Assembly (NCBI RefSeq): GCF_000181795.1
Contig: NW_003526948.1
Span: 1,401,428-1,465,427 of the forward strand
Length of the DNA: 64,000 nucleotides
Reading direction: 5' to 3'
From: Trichinella spiralis
Lineage: Eukaryota
The translations under genes were made by a program, and so were the position numbers. Shown piece by piece: positions 24,354 to 39,756 of the stretch (position 1 is its first letter; every line of letters starts with the position of its first letter). The notes under the pieces are model-generated. The model ran no database searches. It had not been told where the DNA came from and was given only the letters and a program-made list of their open reading frames with translations.

Positions 24354-25943
24354 TTAGTAAAGATTTTCAAATGATAAGCATTTTTGTCGTCTGCGCAAAA
24401 AATCAAAAAGCGCACATGATGGCAAATGAAATTCACTTTTTGCTTGTACATTTTTTGGTCGCCAGCGTTTTTTGCTTTTACGACACGATCTTATTCTACG
24501 AATTTTTTGCGATGGTCCCAAATTGTTCAGCAGAACTTGCAAAATTTCTTCCACTAGATGGCCCAAAATTACGGACACTTCCAAAAATGAAATATTGTAA
24601 CTTCTCGCCAACTCTTTGCCTTCTACAAAAGAGGAAAAGAAAGAATTAACATTTGATCTGTAATTATTCAAAAAACAAACAAACAAACAAAATTCTTTTT
24701 TACCATTAAATTCAATTGTTCTGTGCCTTTCTAAATCAATTTTGTTGCCAATCAACAAAATAGGCAACGCCATTTCTTTGTCAAAATCATTCAATTTGCT
24801 GGTCATTGCATACAACGCATCCGCGGCGCAGCTGAAGCTACTGCTGTTTGTCACATCGTACATTATGATAATTGCTGTATGTTCATTTTTCACAAAATGT
24901 GGAATCTATAGCAATTCAATGAAAAACATAATTTGATGAACAAACAAATTTGTGATTTGGTTTACCTCGTCTATTAGTGCCATATTTTTTTCACTAAATT
25001 TCAGGTGAAATTCACTTCCTTCTACCAAAATTGGTACAACATTTTCGGTACAATTTTCAGATTCAGCTACAATTATTTTAAATTGTAATGTTGAAACAGT
25101 TTTAAAATTGAAAATTATTCCAATACAAGATCAAAATGCAAAATATTCGGCTATTTTTTATTGGATCATTCATTGTTCATACTTACTTGATGATTCCTTA
25201 TTATTCATGTTCGCTGTCTTGATCAATTCTTTAATAAGCGACTTCTTACCAACTTCATCAGCTCCGATGACAAAAATGTTCAACATTCTTTTATCGCATG
25301 CTTCATAACACAAACTTGGATCCCGTTCGCTTTCACTGACATCCTCCAATATTGCACTGTGGGATGCGCTGAGGGTTGTATCACTGGGTGGAAATAGTTC
25401 TGAAAGTGAATTTTCACTTCGATGGACGTAACAAAATCCACGTTCCACAATATTTCCATGCTCGTCCACTCCAAACGAACGAATCTTATGGTAATCCGCA
25501 CTTTCGGGCAAATTCAAAAATCGTTGCTCAACGAGACTAGGCGAATTCGGCGCAGGCCAGTCGCTTAGTCGGCGAGATGAAGCTTTCGCATTCCGACCGT
25601 GAAACCGTAATGGCAAACTGTATGCTCTGTCACGAAAAGCTTTTTTCTCCACAGAAGATATACCTGGAGATAAAGAACGATTTTTCGTTGAGCATACATA
25701 GCCAGGACTGGAGCTGCGCCTGGATTGGGCGTCCGCATTCTGAGATGTTTCAACAACTGTACTAACTTTAGCATGACGATCGTTCTTCGATTTGTACAAT
25801 CCAAGATTGCTCATTGCGTTCAGAACATAATCAATTGACTTTCGCCTCAAACTCGGCCGAGGTCGTAAATGATGTGAATTTAATTCCTTTGGAAAGCTAT
25901 TTTTCAAATGACCCTCTTTAATTGTTGCCTCTTTGTCATTCAT
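24354..25943 (-). CDS. RGK-family (Rad/Rem/Gem-like) small GTPase; exons 25943-25187, 25066-24966, 24905-24704, 24622-24354
   Basis: Long N-extension with RAYSLP and IRSFGVDEHGNIVERG, G1-like IGADEVGKKS, IIMYDVT, G4 LLIGNKIDLERHR, G5 FLEVS, basic C-tail ending KCLSFENLY with no CAAX. Phases are consistent. Confidence 0.85.
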
Positions 25944-28900
25944 CTTTTTACTTTTATACTTTCCTTGAACTAAAATATTAAAACATCACAATTTTTCTAT
26001 TTAAATTTTCATAAAATATTTATTATAATAATAAAGTTGTTGAATTTTGAAAACTTTAAATTAACAATTATATTCAAATGCAAAAAAGTTTAATCTGCTG
26101 TTTAAATGAATACATATACGTACTAGTTTCACATTTCTCTTTATATATATATATGTATATATAGTATTGAAAAATTAAATCATCATGACGTTTTTTCCCA
26201 GAATTTTTCGTCTTTTATAATGCCATTTAAAAAAGCACATGAAATATTTGTGGCACAATTTTGCAACTGACAAGTTCTGCTTCATCAAAGCATAAAACAA
26301 CATGTACACTTATTATAAAAAAGCAAGTGGATGAAGCAACTGCTTATTTTTAACAATTTGCCCAGCCCAGCACAATATGCAATTGCATAAATAACCAGCA
26401 GTACCTAACAAATAAAATTAGGCATGCTTAATTTGAAAAATATACCACAGATTACAACTATCCCATTTATATTAAAAGTTAAGTCCAACGTTTTATAGGA
26501 TGTGTGATAAATTATTACTACTTTAATATTTTAAAAAATAATAACAAAAATATAATAGTATGACGAAATAATGAAACAAACTTTCAATGTTCATATAATT
26601 TTTAACATTCACTGACATTTTACTTTAGAAAAGCTAATATATTTTAAAGGGTATGTTTGCAATTGTTCTATTAGGGGATTTAAAAATGGCTTCTTATTCT
26701 TCTTTTTTCACTTTTCTTTAACAGAAGCTTAATAAATAGGAATAAGTGAATTTAAACTTACATTTGATAAAAACTGATTTTTTCTTCTGATTATTCATTT
26801 CATTACTTGAATTCTTTGATGCTGGTGTGTCGAGCCCAAAAACAGATGTACATAAACTTGTTCATTTGCCTTATTTAAAGTTTTATACGTCTGTAAAAGC
26901 AGGTTTTGATAATGATTTTTTGCTGCTTTACTATGCATTAGAAATTTAAATTATATTAAGTCTCTGAATAATTATGGATGAGATGTCAATATTGATGAAG
27001 CAAATATGAATGCAAAGCAAAAGAAGACAAAATGGAAACTATACGAGCATAAAAATGAATAAAAGAAACTTTTAATAAAATCAATAGTGCAAAATTATTC
27101 TGTGCATTTAAAAATTATTGTGCATGATTTAACTAGCTTTGCAAATTTATTTTTCAGCAATATTCAAAGATAAAATTTAAAGCAGTTCCATTTGTTCTTT
27201 TCATTGTGCAATTTTAATTTTTATTCTTTTGCTACAATTGTCTTCAACTTGCAAACTTCAACTCATTCAGTTCAGTTTATCATTTAATTTAATAAAATAA
27301 AATAAAACGCGCTGAAACGTCTTATGAAAATTAAAATTTATTCTTTCAATTTTTCACTATTTTAAAATTTGTTTTCATCACAATGAAATGAAACTTTTAG
27401 ACTCTGTGGATTGTATGACTGAATTTATTACTGCTAATTTGTATTGAAAAAGAGACAAAAGAAAAGGTTTAAATAGCATACTATATACAGTAATAATGAA
27501 GGATTGGTTATCAGCAGAAAAAAGTAAAAAATTATCATAAAACAATGTAAAATTATTGTATTATAGATTACTAAAATAAACTTGAAAGTTAGTTGCAAAT
27601 GAAGATAACTTAATTATCATAATAACTATCATAATAATAAATTGACAATTGCAGAACCAATTTTCTTCCAAAACCAGGTACTTACAAAAGCATTCATAAC
27701 ATAGAAATTATTTTTTCATTTGAACTTTTAAAATAAAATTACTGCTTTTAAGGTCAAATTTTCATTTAAAATCAAATTGAATGAAATTAAAAGTGAATTT
27801 TTTGTTTCACATTTTTACAACTTTCTCAACTATACTTACAATTAATAAAAGTAGCTTACTCGAGGGATTAAAGATGAATAAAAAAAAACTTGCAAAGTAT
27901 GAAGCATATCAGTGTGCTCATTCACGTATGAGTAAGTACATCGCAGTGGAATGAGAAATAAGGTGATGATTTTTTTTGTTTTATTCCAATTGCTATAAAA
28001 TGGCTTATTTGAAAATGAGAAAGAGGAAGAATGAGAAGAAAGGGAGGAAAAGAGTATGCTGGAAATCTGTTTCACCAGTCTGTTAAATGTATAATCAATA
28101 ATCATGAGCGAAGAAGCGCTAGCTTATCCAAACATCCCTATCTGTAATAGCAGCAAATATTTCTGATTCTGCTTTTAGTAAATTGATCACAACCAATTCC
28201 GTGTAATCAATGTCTTTTGGTCATTTTCTCTAACCACTGTTATGAAACACACTGGCAAAATTAGTCAAAGTGCAACAGGATTTATTTGTAGGAATTCCCA
28301 AAATCTCTTGCTAATAAACAGCAATTGCCTTTACATGAACATAACTGATACTTTGAATTTCATTTCCTATTTCTTGATAGTGAATTCCAAAGGTTTGCCG
28401 AAATGTCTTGTCTCAATAGATTTTAAGTGAGTGTATGCATTGATTCTTATATAATTAACATTTGCTGTGTATATAATGCATCTACAATCTGAACTATGCA
28501 ATGAATGATAATTTTATAATTTCTGCGTCTGAAAAAATTAAAAATTAAAAGTAAAATAAACCGGAAAATATTCCTATTTTAATGCAAACAGAGCAAATGG
28601 AAAAAGTTGAACAACAATTTCAGTTAACGACGTTTGATTTTTATCATGAAAACTGCCTATAATCAAAAACAAATCTTATTATAAATGCGCACATTTACAG
28701 CCGAAAATTTAATTTCAGCAAAATTGCTGACACTGATATTTGCAGGAATTTATTGCTAGAAAACTGAAACTGCATTCATATGACTAAAAAATAAAAAAGT
28801 ACAGAAAATATAGTTCACTTATTATACACTTTGAATGAATGAATGTTTGTAGAAATTGCATTTTCAGAACTTTTAAATAGACATATTTTTGTTTAATTTT

Positions 28901-31900
28901 AGTTAACTTATGACAAGTGTATTGCCATTAATAAATAATCTATTTCTTTGAAAATGATTTAAAGTATCATAATTATTATCTATTAATCTGCTGTTATGTT
29001 TAATAGTGGTGTCTGAGTTTGTTGACAGAAGTAAAAATTGCATTAGTCATCTAAATTACATTCATTTGCCAAAAATGTCTTTGATTTTTGAAGTCAGCTG
29101 ATCATAGTTGAAATTAATGAGAGCAATAAATTACCATGCACCCATCACATTTTATCTATCTGTGTGAGTAATTTGTTTTTGAAATAAATTTCTTGGCTTA
29201 AAATAGCTAGAAAGTATACTTCAATGTGATGTGAGCGCTAATAGTAAAAGAATGAAATACGAACTTTTAATCGAAGAGTCATTCGCTTCCACTCGATAAA
29301 AGGCAATTTATCCAAGCGTTCAATAAATAATATTTCTCTTAAAGTATGTGGTCCCTTAAAAAAAACTCAAAACGTTTGGTATCATATAGTCAATAAACTA
29401 AATCTAGCTACTTGAAAACTGTTAGAGATGAACCTACAAATGGAATTGTGATTTTGTATCTAAAACAATTTCATCTATTGAAATATTCAATAAGAAATCA
29501 ATAAGCACAACATATTTCTGTTCAAATGTTTGTCAAAAGGTTATATTTTTCAATATGGGAAGTTCAATTTGTAACATGCATTCGCCATGACTTTATAACT
29601 CAATCAGTTCTATCATTTGAAAATTCGTTGAAACTTACAGAATTCACTTCAATATAAAGTTGACAAGCTTTCTTTGAAAATAAATTATTAGCTTATTTTC
29701 AAAGCTGTCATCAATATTAATAAAAATAGTAACATAAATCTGAATTGGATATTCTGGCATACTTTTTATTCAAAATGTGCAGGATCGTCGTAAGTAGCAG
29801 CAAACGATTTGATGTTTGATTGAAATGATAAATTGTAAAAAGAGACACAGCATGCTAATGCTATAAAACCACATATATAACACACATACACATCGTAGAA
29901 TAAATAATACAAAGTGGAAATAATAAAATTGAATTTCCTATTGCAACCATTCTTATTCATCAGGCTGAAAGCACAACAAATGGCATTAACTTGCATATAT
30001 GCAGATATTGCTCTATGTTGAATTTGTACTTAAAGGATTTTGTAAAGTCATATTTTGAAAAGCTATCAGTACCTGATTTCATATTCTCTAAAATTCAATA
30101 AGAAGAAATAATTCTTTACTTCTTACCTTACTACTGTCAAAGTTCTTATTTTGATTAGGCAAATCAAACATTGTTGATTTAGCAGCATATAATTTGCCAG
30201 TTTTATTCATTTAACTTTATAGAATTCAATTTTATCATCACTTAAATACTGTAAAAAAGATAAATAAATAAATTTACATATATATAGAAATATGAAAATT
30301 TAAGCGAGAATGATGCCAATAGCTAGTTGTATGACCAAATATTTACAATAAAGCTAAAACAAAACGACACTGTTACTAATACTGATAACAATCAGTACAA
30401 ATGTAGTAATATGAAAATCACAAATTCAACAATGTTTACTTCACTTTAAAATGCCATATTGCAAATCATGAAATATTAACTGAACCAATTTTTTAATTGT
30501 TTTTATATAATTTTGCTTTTATAATAAATATTTATATATAATTTTTAGCTTAGGTGAAAATTGTTGAAGAGCATTTTGAATTATTTCAAATATTTTTATG
30601 AACAAATATTTTATTACAATTTGAAGAGAGCAGTAAAATTTGTGCATACCTTTGAATGAATTCACAATGTATTGGTAAATTGCCTGTTTTATAAAATGAA
30701 TTGGTTTTCAAAGGGGGAGTGATAAGAAGAAGGTATCTTGACAAAGCAAGAGAAGCATATCTTGATGTAGAAATTCAATTCTACAGACAGACTGTTATTC
30801 AGCAGCATAAAATATTTCTCTAAATGTTCTCCCTAAATTGAAGCTGCTGTTAAAAATTGCTTTTCTGATCAGAAATGACAATTGATTTTTCTATTTTAAT
30901 GCTAGAAATTATTGATCTTTCACTTTTAGAAAATTTTGAGAAATTTAATGGTGCAAATTTTTCAATTGCATTGGAATTGCACGATTTGTTTCCGTTTACA
31001 ACAAGCTTTGTCAAATATTTTTGTCTCACATGCATCACTTAACGTATACATTTGCATCACCATCTATTGAATTACATTTATTACAATGATTAAAATACAT
31101 ATATATAGCGTATTGATATTTGAGCACAATATGCACAAAAGAGTTTTTATATTAACATTTTATATCGCACTTTTATCAGCAATTATCAATACATCTCTCA
31201 AATAATCTTCTTAAATTATATATATATATGCTTCATTTATACGGTCGATTTGTATTTCTTATTTGATGAATAGTTTCTTTAAAAACCTTTTCTAATTCTT
31301 ATTATTATTGTCATTATCTTAGAAAGAAAAGTCTTTGGAAAATATAACAGTATTTACCTTCCTAAGCAATAAAATACTATAAATTTAAGCAATAACTGCA
31401 ACTGAATTTTTTCAAATTAGACTTCTGGAAAACTTCTTACTTATTGATCATTTTATTATTAATATGCTAGTAATATAAGAATAATTTGCATAATTATGCT
31501 TTATACGATAGTTTAAAAATTAAAAATTTACATTTCATGCTGTCAGGGTAACAACTATAATCGTATTGAACATTGCGGTGAAATTCTTTTGATTTTTAAA
31601 CGTTGCCATTAATTAAATTTTAAAAAGCAAGATTAACAGAATTTTAGCAAAATAGCAAATAAACTTATTCCACTGACGATTTTAGACTTGTCATTTGCAA
31701 TTTACTTATCTATTACAATAACGCAAAGCGATCAGCTTGGATTGAATATAATATAATATTATATTATATTATATTATAATTTACCAAAAAAAAGAAATAA
31801 TATAATGATAATAATGATGATGATGAGGATGATGAAAAGTACTACTTGATTGAGTGTTTAACAGAATGTAGGCATGTTACATGAAGAAAAAGAGATTTTA

Positions 31901-32784
31901 CCTTGATGAAATACTACTTCCAGATAACACACAATTACCTGATCTAATCTAATTGCAATTTGCGTAACTCACTTATCAGTTGTTTTCATCATTTTCAGTA
32001 ATGAGAAGCTTTAAATGAGAAGATGACGAAATGAAATAAATGTTGACAAAATTAATTGATTCGTCTGCGTGAGCAGAGTGTTCTTCAATAAGTATTTTTC
32101 AAAAATGCGCTTTCCATTCATTTCTCAATCAATTTTCTGACATATTGTCATCAAACTCACCTTTCTGGACTCATTTGTTACTGCAACTCTGCTACTCTCT
32201 GAGGTGGCCGAAAATATAAATAGTATAATTTTTCTTTCATATTTCTTTTTATTTTTTTTATTCTCAATACAATTTCAGCAAAGACACACCCACGCCCTTC
32301 CAAAAGTGAAATTTCTGAATTTAATCTTGTTATTAAGTCAGTCTGGCAAACGAAAGCTCAGTGTAGCGTATAATCGATTTTCAGATAATGCTTAACAACA
32401 AACATATAGCAAAACTAATGCGCATTTATAATACCCCATTATAAAATAATTAAAAGAAAAATTAAAAACAACAACAATTTTGCATATGTCATTCAAATTG
32501 ATCATATTTCATTATCTATTTTTTAATAACCAATAAATCTTAATAATAATTATATACATGACATGAATATTATAATCCGTTTATTTTTACATCTTTTCTA
32601 ATTTCATACATCAAATTAATGTTGCTTTAAACATTTTGAAAGTTCGAAATTATCTTCAAATACCTATTTTTACATACTGTTAAGAAAAGCTCAAAATAAA
32701 ACAAACAACATATTGAGTAAAAATTGCTGAAAAATCAAAATACCCACTTACTATGCTTTTTAAGCACTTGGAAAGTACTTGACG

Positions 32785-32914
32785 ATGGAGTTTGACAATG
32801 TGACACGTTCTCTTCCATTGGAAACTGTGTTTCAAGATTTTACAAAATGGCTAGTAAATAATAATGTACCGCAACGAACAGAGCATAGAAATTGGTCCTT
32901 TGCTGATAAGAAAG
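32785..32914 (+). pseudogene. Possible isolated exon resembling part of an ERI/DEDDh 3'-exonuclease
   Basis: DNVTRSLPLETVFQDFTKWLVNNN...WSF loosely fits the D.V....L..V...F..WL segment and is followed by donor gtatgg. No partner exons were found. Confidence 0.2.
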
Positions 32915-35900
32915 GTATGGATGCGCTGTATTTGCTCTTTATATCAAATTTATGTCAATGGAACATATAAAGAAGAAGCTTTGTTGAGCAAAGAGTTGCG
33001 CTTAATTAATTTCATCAATCTTTTTTCTAATTTGTTGTCTTGTTACGTCTCAGAGTCCTTGATTAGCGCAGTTCAGTATTTTTAGACCGCCAACAATTGC
33101 TTACTTCCACTGCTTCAATTGTATCAGTTTTGCTAGTAAACTTGAAAAATACATTTGTCATACATTTGCTTTTTCCTCCTTCAATTTATTTTTCTTTTCA
33201 TTTTATTTTGGAAAACATCATATACGAAAATTATAACTATTATTATGCCATGCAAAAAAAAGAAAACAGCAGCAATTCGATATCATATTTAAATTTTATT
33301 CTACTACACTTGAATATTATTTTGCATAAAAATAACTTCGACAAGATGATTAAATGATGCAACTTTAAATTAGTTAGATTAATTGCACTTATTGGCGATA
33401 TGCCATGAAAAAATGTGAACAATTACTCACCTGATGGCAAAGTATTATTAATCGTTGAATAAAATTCACTGATCTTTGGGTGGAAATTCCAAGATTAATT
33501 GGTAAATTCCAAAATTAAAAAGAAGTTGTTGCTGTTGGTGTTGTTTGATAATAATAACGTTACATTTAATTGCTTCTATAAATAAATAGCGTTAAGTTGG
33601 GAAATTTTTTAAATTATCTGCTTGAAATCCAACAACTATACAGTTAACCTGATTTATGATGCACTTATTAATGCGCATATCAATATATATTTATATAAAA
33701 TATGCTCACGCTGTGCTAATGTTGATTATTGGAGTTACAGTTGTTAAAAGGAAGTATCAAGTTGTGTCAGGCCTTCTTGATCGTTCACCGCTCAAACTTG
33801 GTTGGCCGAACTGAAATCGAATGATTAGCCTATTCACAGGAATCGCTGAAATATTGATTCATTTTGCTAGTTTACATTTCCATTTCCAAATCAATTCTTG
33901 GCAACGCATTCTAAACAATATGTTATATTGCGGATTCAACAGCTGCCATATATAAAATGTAATAAACAAGTGCGTTCTCATACTTACTAATCATAATAAT
34001 GCAACAGCATTTGGCTTCATGTTCATCATAGACACACACATAGACATACATACATACATACATACATGATTACTTTAAAAAATTCACAGTGGATACTGTG
34101 AATAAATAAATATATTACTTTATGTTAGTAATATATTACAATTTTCAAACTTCATAAAAGAAATTATAATGGCAAAATTATTATGGCTTCAGTGATTTTC
34201 AGTTTTCAGTTATTAGCTAACAAAAATATTAATGTTTTTGTTATTAAATTACATTTGCAAACATTTTTAATTTTCCATGGATAATGTTGAAAGACGGATG
34301 TCTTTATTGGAAAATTTTAAATAAAATTACAGCTTTTGCTAAAATCTATAACGCATCAGCTGCTAAATGGATTTTATCCGTTATTATGAACTCAGTTTAT
34401 TATCAGATTGCATAAAATGTCACAGGCATTCATTATAACTACTCTAAATCATATATATGATTTAAGTCAAATTCATTGAAGCATTTGTGTAAAATTATTT
34501 GTATTTACTAATTGCAAAATTATTTTCATTTAAATTTTTTTCTGCAACTACCTGACTCGTTTAACTTTATGCATTACTTATAAACATCGATTACTAAAAC
34601 CAAAAAGATATAATAGAATAAAAATAATATATTCATTTATTATTTTTAATATGACATAAAGTTACATATATACTGCACATGTAAACGTGAAATACCATGA
34701 AAAGATGCATCATGATCTTGAAAAGTTCGTGCACTGAAAGCGCAGTTCACTCTATTCCATAAATGACCATTCTTTGCTATTTAATATTGATAAAGCAACT
34801 ATTGAATTTTATACTTCATGATAAATATTTGCTAAAATCAAGAGAATTTGCATAATACCTTACAGTAACAATTCTGCTAATATTATTCTATAAAAATTTT
34901 AATTAACCTACACAATCTTGTATTAAACTTCATTATTCATGTTCTTTAATTTTCTAACAAAAGGATGAAATATCGCAATTACTTTAGGAAGCTAAATTAT
35001 AATTAAAGGTTATACAATTTAAAAATATGTAAATGAAAAGTCGAATTCAGATATATGCATGGTGCATCAAGATGTGATGGTCCCTACTCCTTCCATGCCT
35101 GCTCCACTGGTACACGGTTAACTTAAACTTTTTATGTGGACCAAATAAAGCATTGCAAATTTCTTCGGCGTGCTTCTGTATCCAACACAATTGAGGGTTC
35201 TTCTGCGCCATTGCGCATCCTTATTGGAATCCTGGCTATTGGATATGGACTTGGTTATTCCTTGACTTTTGAGTTTAAATGAAAGTTCCAAGGTCGAGAA
35301 CGTATTAAGACCACGCCAGAGTCATCGTACAGTTGTGTGCACAGGCACTGGCCGATTGCTTTGTCGAGTCGATCAGTTAACCAGTGGTGTCATATTCAAT
35401 GGAAACCTTCCCCAAAGTGATGAGCCAGTATCACGCTGCGTATTCATATGCAAAATTATATTGTGACGCCGCATAATTATGTGCAAATGATATTCAGATT
35501 GGCCCATTGCGTCACTAAAGGAACTGATTTCTTTCCAGGTTGCGTAATGAGCTTGAATGGCCGTTAACCGTTGTCAGGCTGCAGCCGTTACACTATGAAT
35601 TATATACATAATAACGAACAGAAGATGCTGTGACTGAATTACAATGATACATTTCATTTGTTAACAACTGATAATTAATAATTAAAATCTAATTCCATTC
35701 AAAAAAAAGGAAAGAACTTCATTCGAACCGAAGATGACCAAACGGAAAACATACTTCATGTTGTAAGCTACAGTAAAATCAAATTCAAGCAACAACTTCA
35801 TAGTGTTTTCAACACATATTTTTCCTGAAGATTATTCTTAAAATATGCAATAAAATATTCAAAATTTAATAATATAATTTTTAATCTGAATAGACTTGAA

Positions 35901-36541
35901 TGTTATTTTGCTGAATTTACATAAACAAAATAGCATTTTTTGTCGGGGCTTCCAAGCTTCATATTTTTACTTCTTATATATTTTAAATAATTTCTCAAAA
36001 ATATTCTTTTTTTAAATAATCGCTTTGAAAAAAACTTAATCATTGAGCATCAAACAATTATCATGGCACCATTTGGGACTATTTTTCCTATTGCACCCTG
36101 AAATTACAAAACGGAATTAAGACTTTTATTAGAATAAGCTTCGTTTCATGTTAACTGATCATTGTGTCATCAACATCTGCTTATTACTGCCTCATAGCTA
36201 TTAAACCTGCTATCCCATCTTGTGGCCATGACCAAATGATTAAGGAAAACAGATGTTTGTTTGTTAGCAATTGTATAAATAGTTAACAATTCACGAACGC
36301 ACAATGTGAGCATACTATATAATTTCACTATAACACAGACACCGAATATGATGTATACAATGTGTGTTATAACAAAGCAATAATTACACTAGTAGACTAC
36401 GTCTAATAAAAATAGAAAGCACGCTTTTTTATTTAGCGGAAGATTGCTGTGCCTTTTTTTGATTATTTATGCAAAGAAGATTATGAAGTCATTTAATCAT
36501 TGAATAATCTGCTTCAGTGTGGTAGCCTGGATCGTCACTTT

Positions 36542-39046
36542 CTAGTCTCCGCCAGACATCATTTCCATGAATTCTAAAAAAAATAAAAGTAATGAGTAGC
36601 TAAAAGTTACGATGAACTGTAGGAACTTTTCCGCATGACATTTATTGAAAACTTTCAACATCACAGTAGTTGTTATTTTAATTGTGACACATTAAATCTG
36701 TTGGCAAACAATTAACTTGCACTCTTAATAAACGCTGCATTAAAAATGCACTACTCTGAAATAAAATCTTCAACTACATTATCAAATAAAACGTATCACA
36801 ATTATTTTACAATAAACGAAAATACGGTTAAACAAGAAAAGATAATTTTTACATAATCATATTAAGTATCATTGGCAAATGTTTGGAATTTAAATTACTA
36901 ATTTTTATCTACTGCAAAAGATAATAATAATACTATCCGTTGAATGCATTATACAACAATTGCTTTTTATTATTATTGTTTTAATGATTAGAAAAAGCTC
37001 ATTCATTTTACTTCACTTCGGTTTGAATCACAATTTTAAAAGGAAGTTAACAACTTAAAATTTGATATTGTCATCAAATTTCCAAAAAATTATTTTGCAA
37101 CTAAAACTAAATTGAATGAATTTCAATTAAATTCTATTTTATAGCATTACAAATTAGCAACTCTAGCGGTATAATGATATGTATGGTACTTTTCAATTTT
37201 TTCAATGCTGCTTTGATAGGTTTCAAAAATTATTAAACAAATTTTTCACTATATTAACGAATCAAATTTACCAACGTTTAATTTTGTTGCTATCTTTTAA
37301 ATTTTGTCACTTGAAAATGAATTCACATATTAGAAGTAACTTTAGAGCTAGTAAATGAAGACTGTTAATCAACCAAATTGAAGAGTAATACAAAGACAAA
37401 ATTCATAAAAACTCAATGAAAACATGGCTAAAAAAGCAGATGAAATTATTTTAAAAAGAATAACAAGATAAATAAATGCTTTATCACTGTAAAATAAAAC
37501 AACAGGATTTAAATGAAATTGGTAAATAATTTAGGTGCCATTTTGCTTCATTTTCAATAGCATCAGCTGATGCATCACATATATATATATATATACATTT
37601 AGAGTTTCATGTGACGTAAACGTTTCAGAAGAAGCAAGCAAACCACAGCTTAATTCTAGAACATACGGTTGAATTTATAAAAATATTCCCAAAATAATCC
37701 CAAATAGAAATACTGCTCTGAATGCTTGCTCACGCAATTCATTTCGATATTTTTAACAAACTACATCTGTTGCAGCACTAAAAGTTATTAACTTTGCATC
37801 ACATTTCTGCAGTAGAAAAATAGAATGATAAGCATATTTTTTAAATATTCCAAGTTGAATAAAATTTAATTTTGTCATTATTTCTCTCACCGTCAAAGTC
37901 AACAGTTCCGGAACCGTCTGTATCAATTTCAGCTATCATTTCATCCAATTCGTCTTCTGTGATATTTTCATCAAGAGCACGCAAAATATCTCTCAAGTCA
38001 GAAACGTTGATATATCCATTTCCCTAAAAAAAGTGCGCAAAATTATTTTATCAAACTTACAGTACTGCTTCACAATAGCGAGCGTCAAATACCTCCTTGT
38101 CGTAAAGCCTGAACGCTTCTCGCAATTCTTCTTCCATATTAGCAGAATCATCTTCTTGCATGACAAAACGAGCTACCAAAGCTGCAAATTCTTCAAATTC
38201 AATCTCACCACTTCCTGAAACGTTTCCATTAAGATGCAATGCAACCACAGGCTAAGAGGAATTATAGGCTAACCATCGGTATCGAACTCTTTGATCAACT
38301 GCTTCAAATCACGATCTTCAAATGCTTGCCCCATTGTACGCAATATTTGGCCCACTTGACTAGTGTGGATGTATCCTTTTTTTTCTTTGTCAAACATGTT
38401 AAAATATTTACGAAATTCTAAAATGAAAAAGAAAACAACTATGCAGAATTGATAATAACAAGAAGAAGAAGAAGAAATTGAAATTACGTTCGATTTGTTC
38501 ATTGCTCAATTGAGATAACGCTTCTTCAACAGCTTCGCTAGTCTGAAAAGAGGAAACGTAGCATTTTGATTTTAATAGCAAATTTAATTGGGTATAAATA
38601 CTGTTTTCAAAAATGACCAATGTCTTCAAAAATGATCAAATTTAACTTGCCTTTTCTGAACGAGCAGCACGTTGCATTATAGATATAATCAATCAATCTT
38701 GCAGAAGAAACTACTCAAACTGAGAAGAAATAGATTTTTGTTTTTAGAAAATAGAATACACTGAATTTATTTGTCGGAAAATGATTTAATGTCAGTTGCT
38801 GAAAAGTTAGTGAACAAATGTAACAAAGTTGAGTGGAAATGCTTTTGCTTTAGCTTTTCTTATATGTGTAATATGCAAAACGGAAGTTATGCTTATAATG
38901 GCATTTGTGCAGATTAAGAGGGTTAGAAGATGTCAAAAAAATCCTATGCGGACGCATGTGAAAAAACTCCAAATATGCAAAGTTGAGTTGCTATATTTTG
39001 AAAGTGTTATGATTTGGAATGAATAAAATATTTTATAACTTACCAT
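36542..39046 (-). CDS. tnc-2: Troponin C (nematode tnc-2 type); exons 39046-39044 (ATG), 38542-38488, 38417-38274, 38214-38093, 38023-37891, 36573-36542
   Basis: [17 protein letters not shown]...[15 protein letters not shown]...[25 protein letters not shown]...[23 protein letters not shown]: four EF-hands, ATG-only first exon, phases consistent. Confidence 0.95.
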
Positions 39047-39094
39047 GATTTTTTGGTTAAAATTTTGAAAAGAAAGAGAGAATTTGAAGGGTTC

Positions 39095-39690
39095 AGTAGT
39101 TGTCAGTGGAAAGAATGAATATGAATGGAGCGCGTTGGTGAAAAATGCACAACGACTAAGCAAAGACCAGTTCGTTAGTTAGTTAGCAGTTGATGATGTT
39201 GCACAAAGCAGCAACAAATTTCAAAGACTACTCTTGGCGACAGCAGCAGCAGCAGCACCAGCAGCAGCATTAGCAGTAGCACCAGTCCCCGTAGTAGTAA
39301 TAGTACTAGTAGTAATAGCTTCAGCAACCCACCAATAGCAAATTACCCTCCCCTGTTATTTTTAACTAAACTTGTTTTCACCTACGTTATGCATCCAGCT
39401 ACACCTAACGTTCATCCGCTGTTCATGTTGACTTTCTGTTTACACCACTACTACTGGCCCATCATCCTCAATTGGCACACAACGTCCTTGTTCCTCCCAT
39501 CATCCGTGATACTCAACCCTGCGCACCCACTTGCCACTCTGGGNNNNNNNNNNTCAGTAGTTGTCAGTGGAAGAATGAATATGAATGGAGCGCGTGTGAT
39601 ATGCACAACGACTAAGCAAGACCAGTTCGTTAGTTAGTAGCAGTGATGATGTGCACAAAGCAGCAACAAATTCAAAGACTACTCTTGGCG

Positions 39691-39724
<34 letters not shown>

Positions 39725-39725
39725 C

Positions 39726-39756
<31 letters not shown>

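Noticed and set aside
27842..28530. Possible coding exon (acceptor ~28530, donor ~27855) on the minus strand
   Set aside because: All three frames hit stops soon after the acceptor. At most a UTR exon.
35050..35600. GC-richer island, possible transposon or exon
   Set aside because: No sustained ORF, paired termini or recognisable motif.
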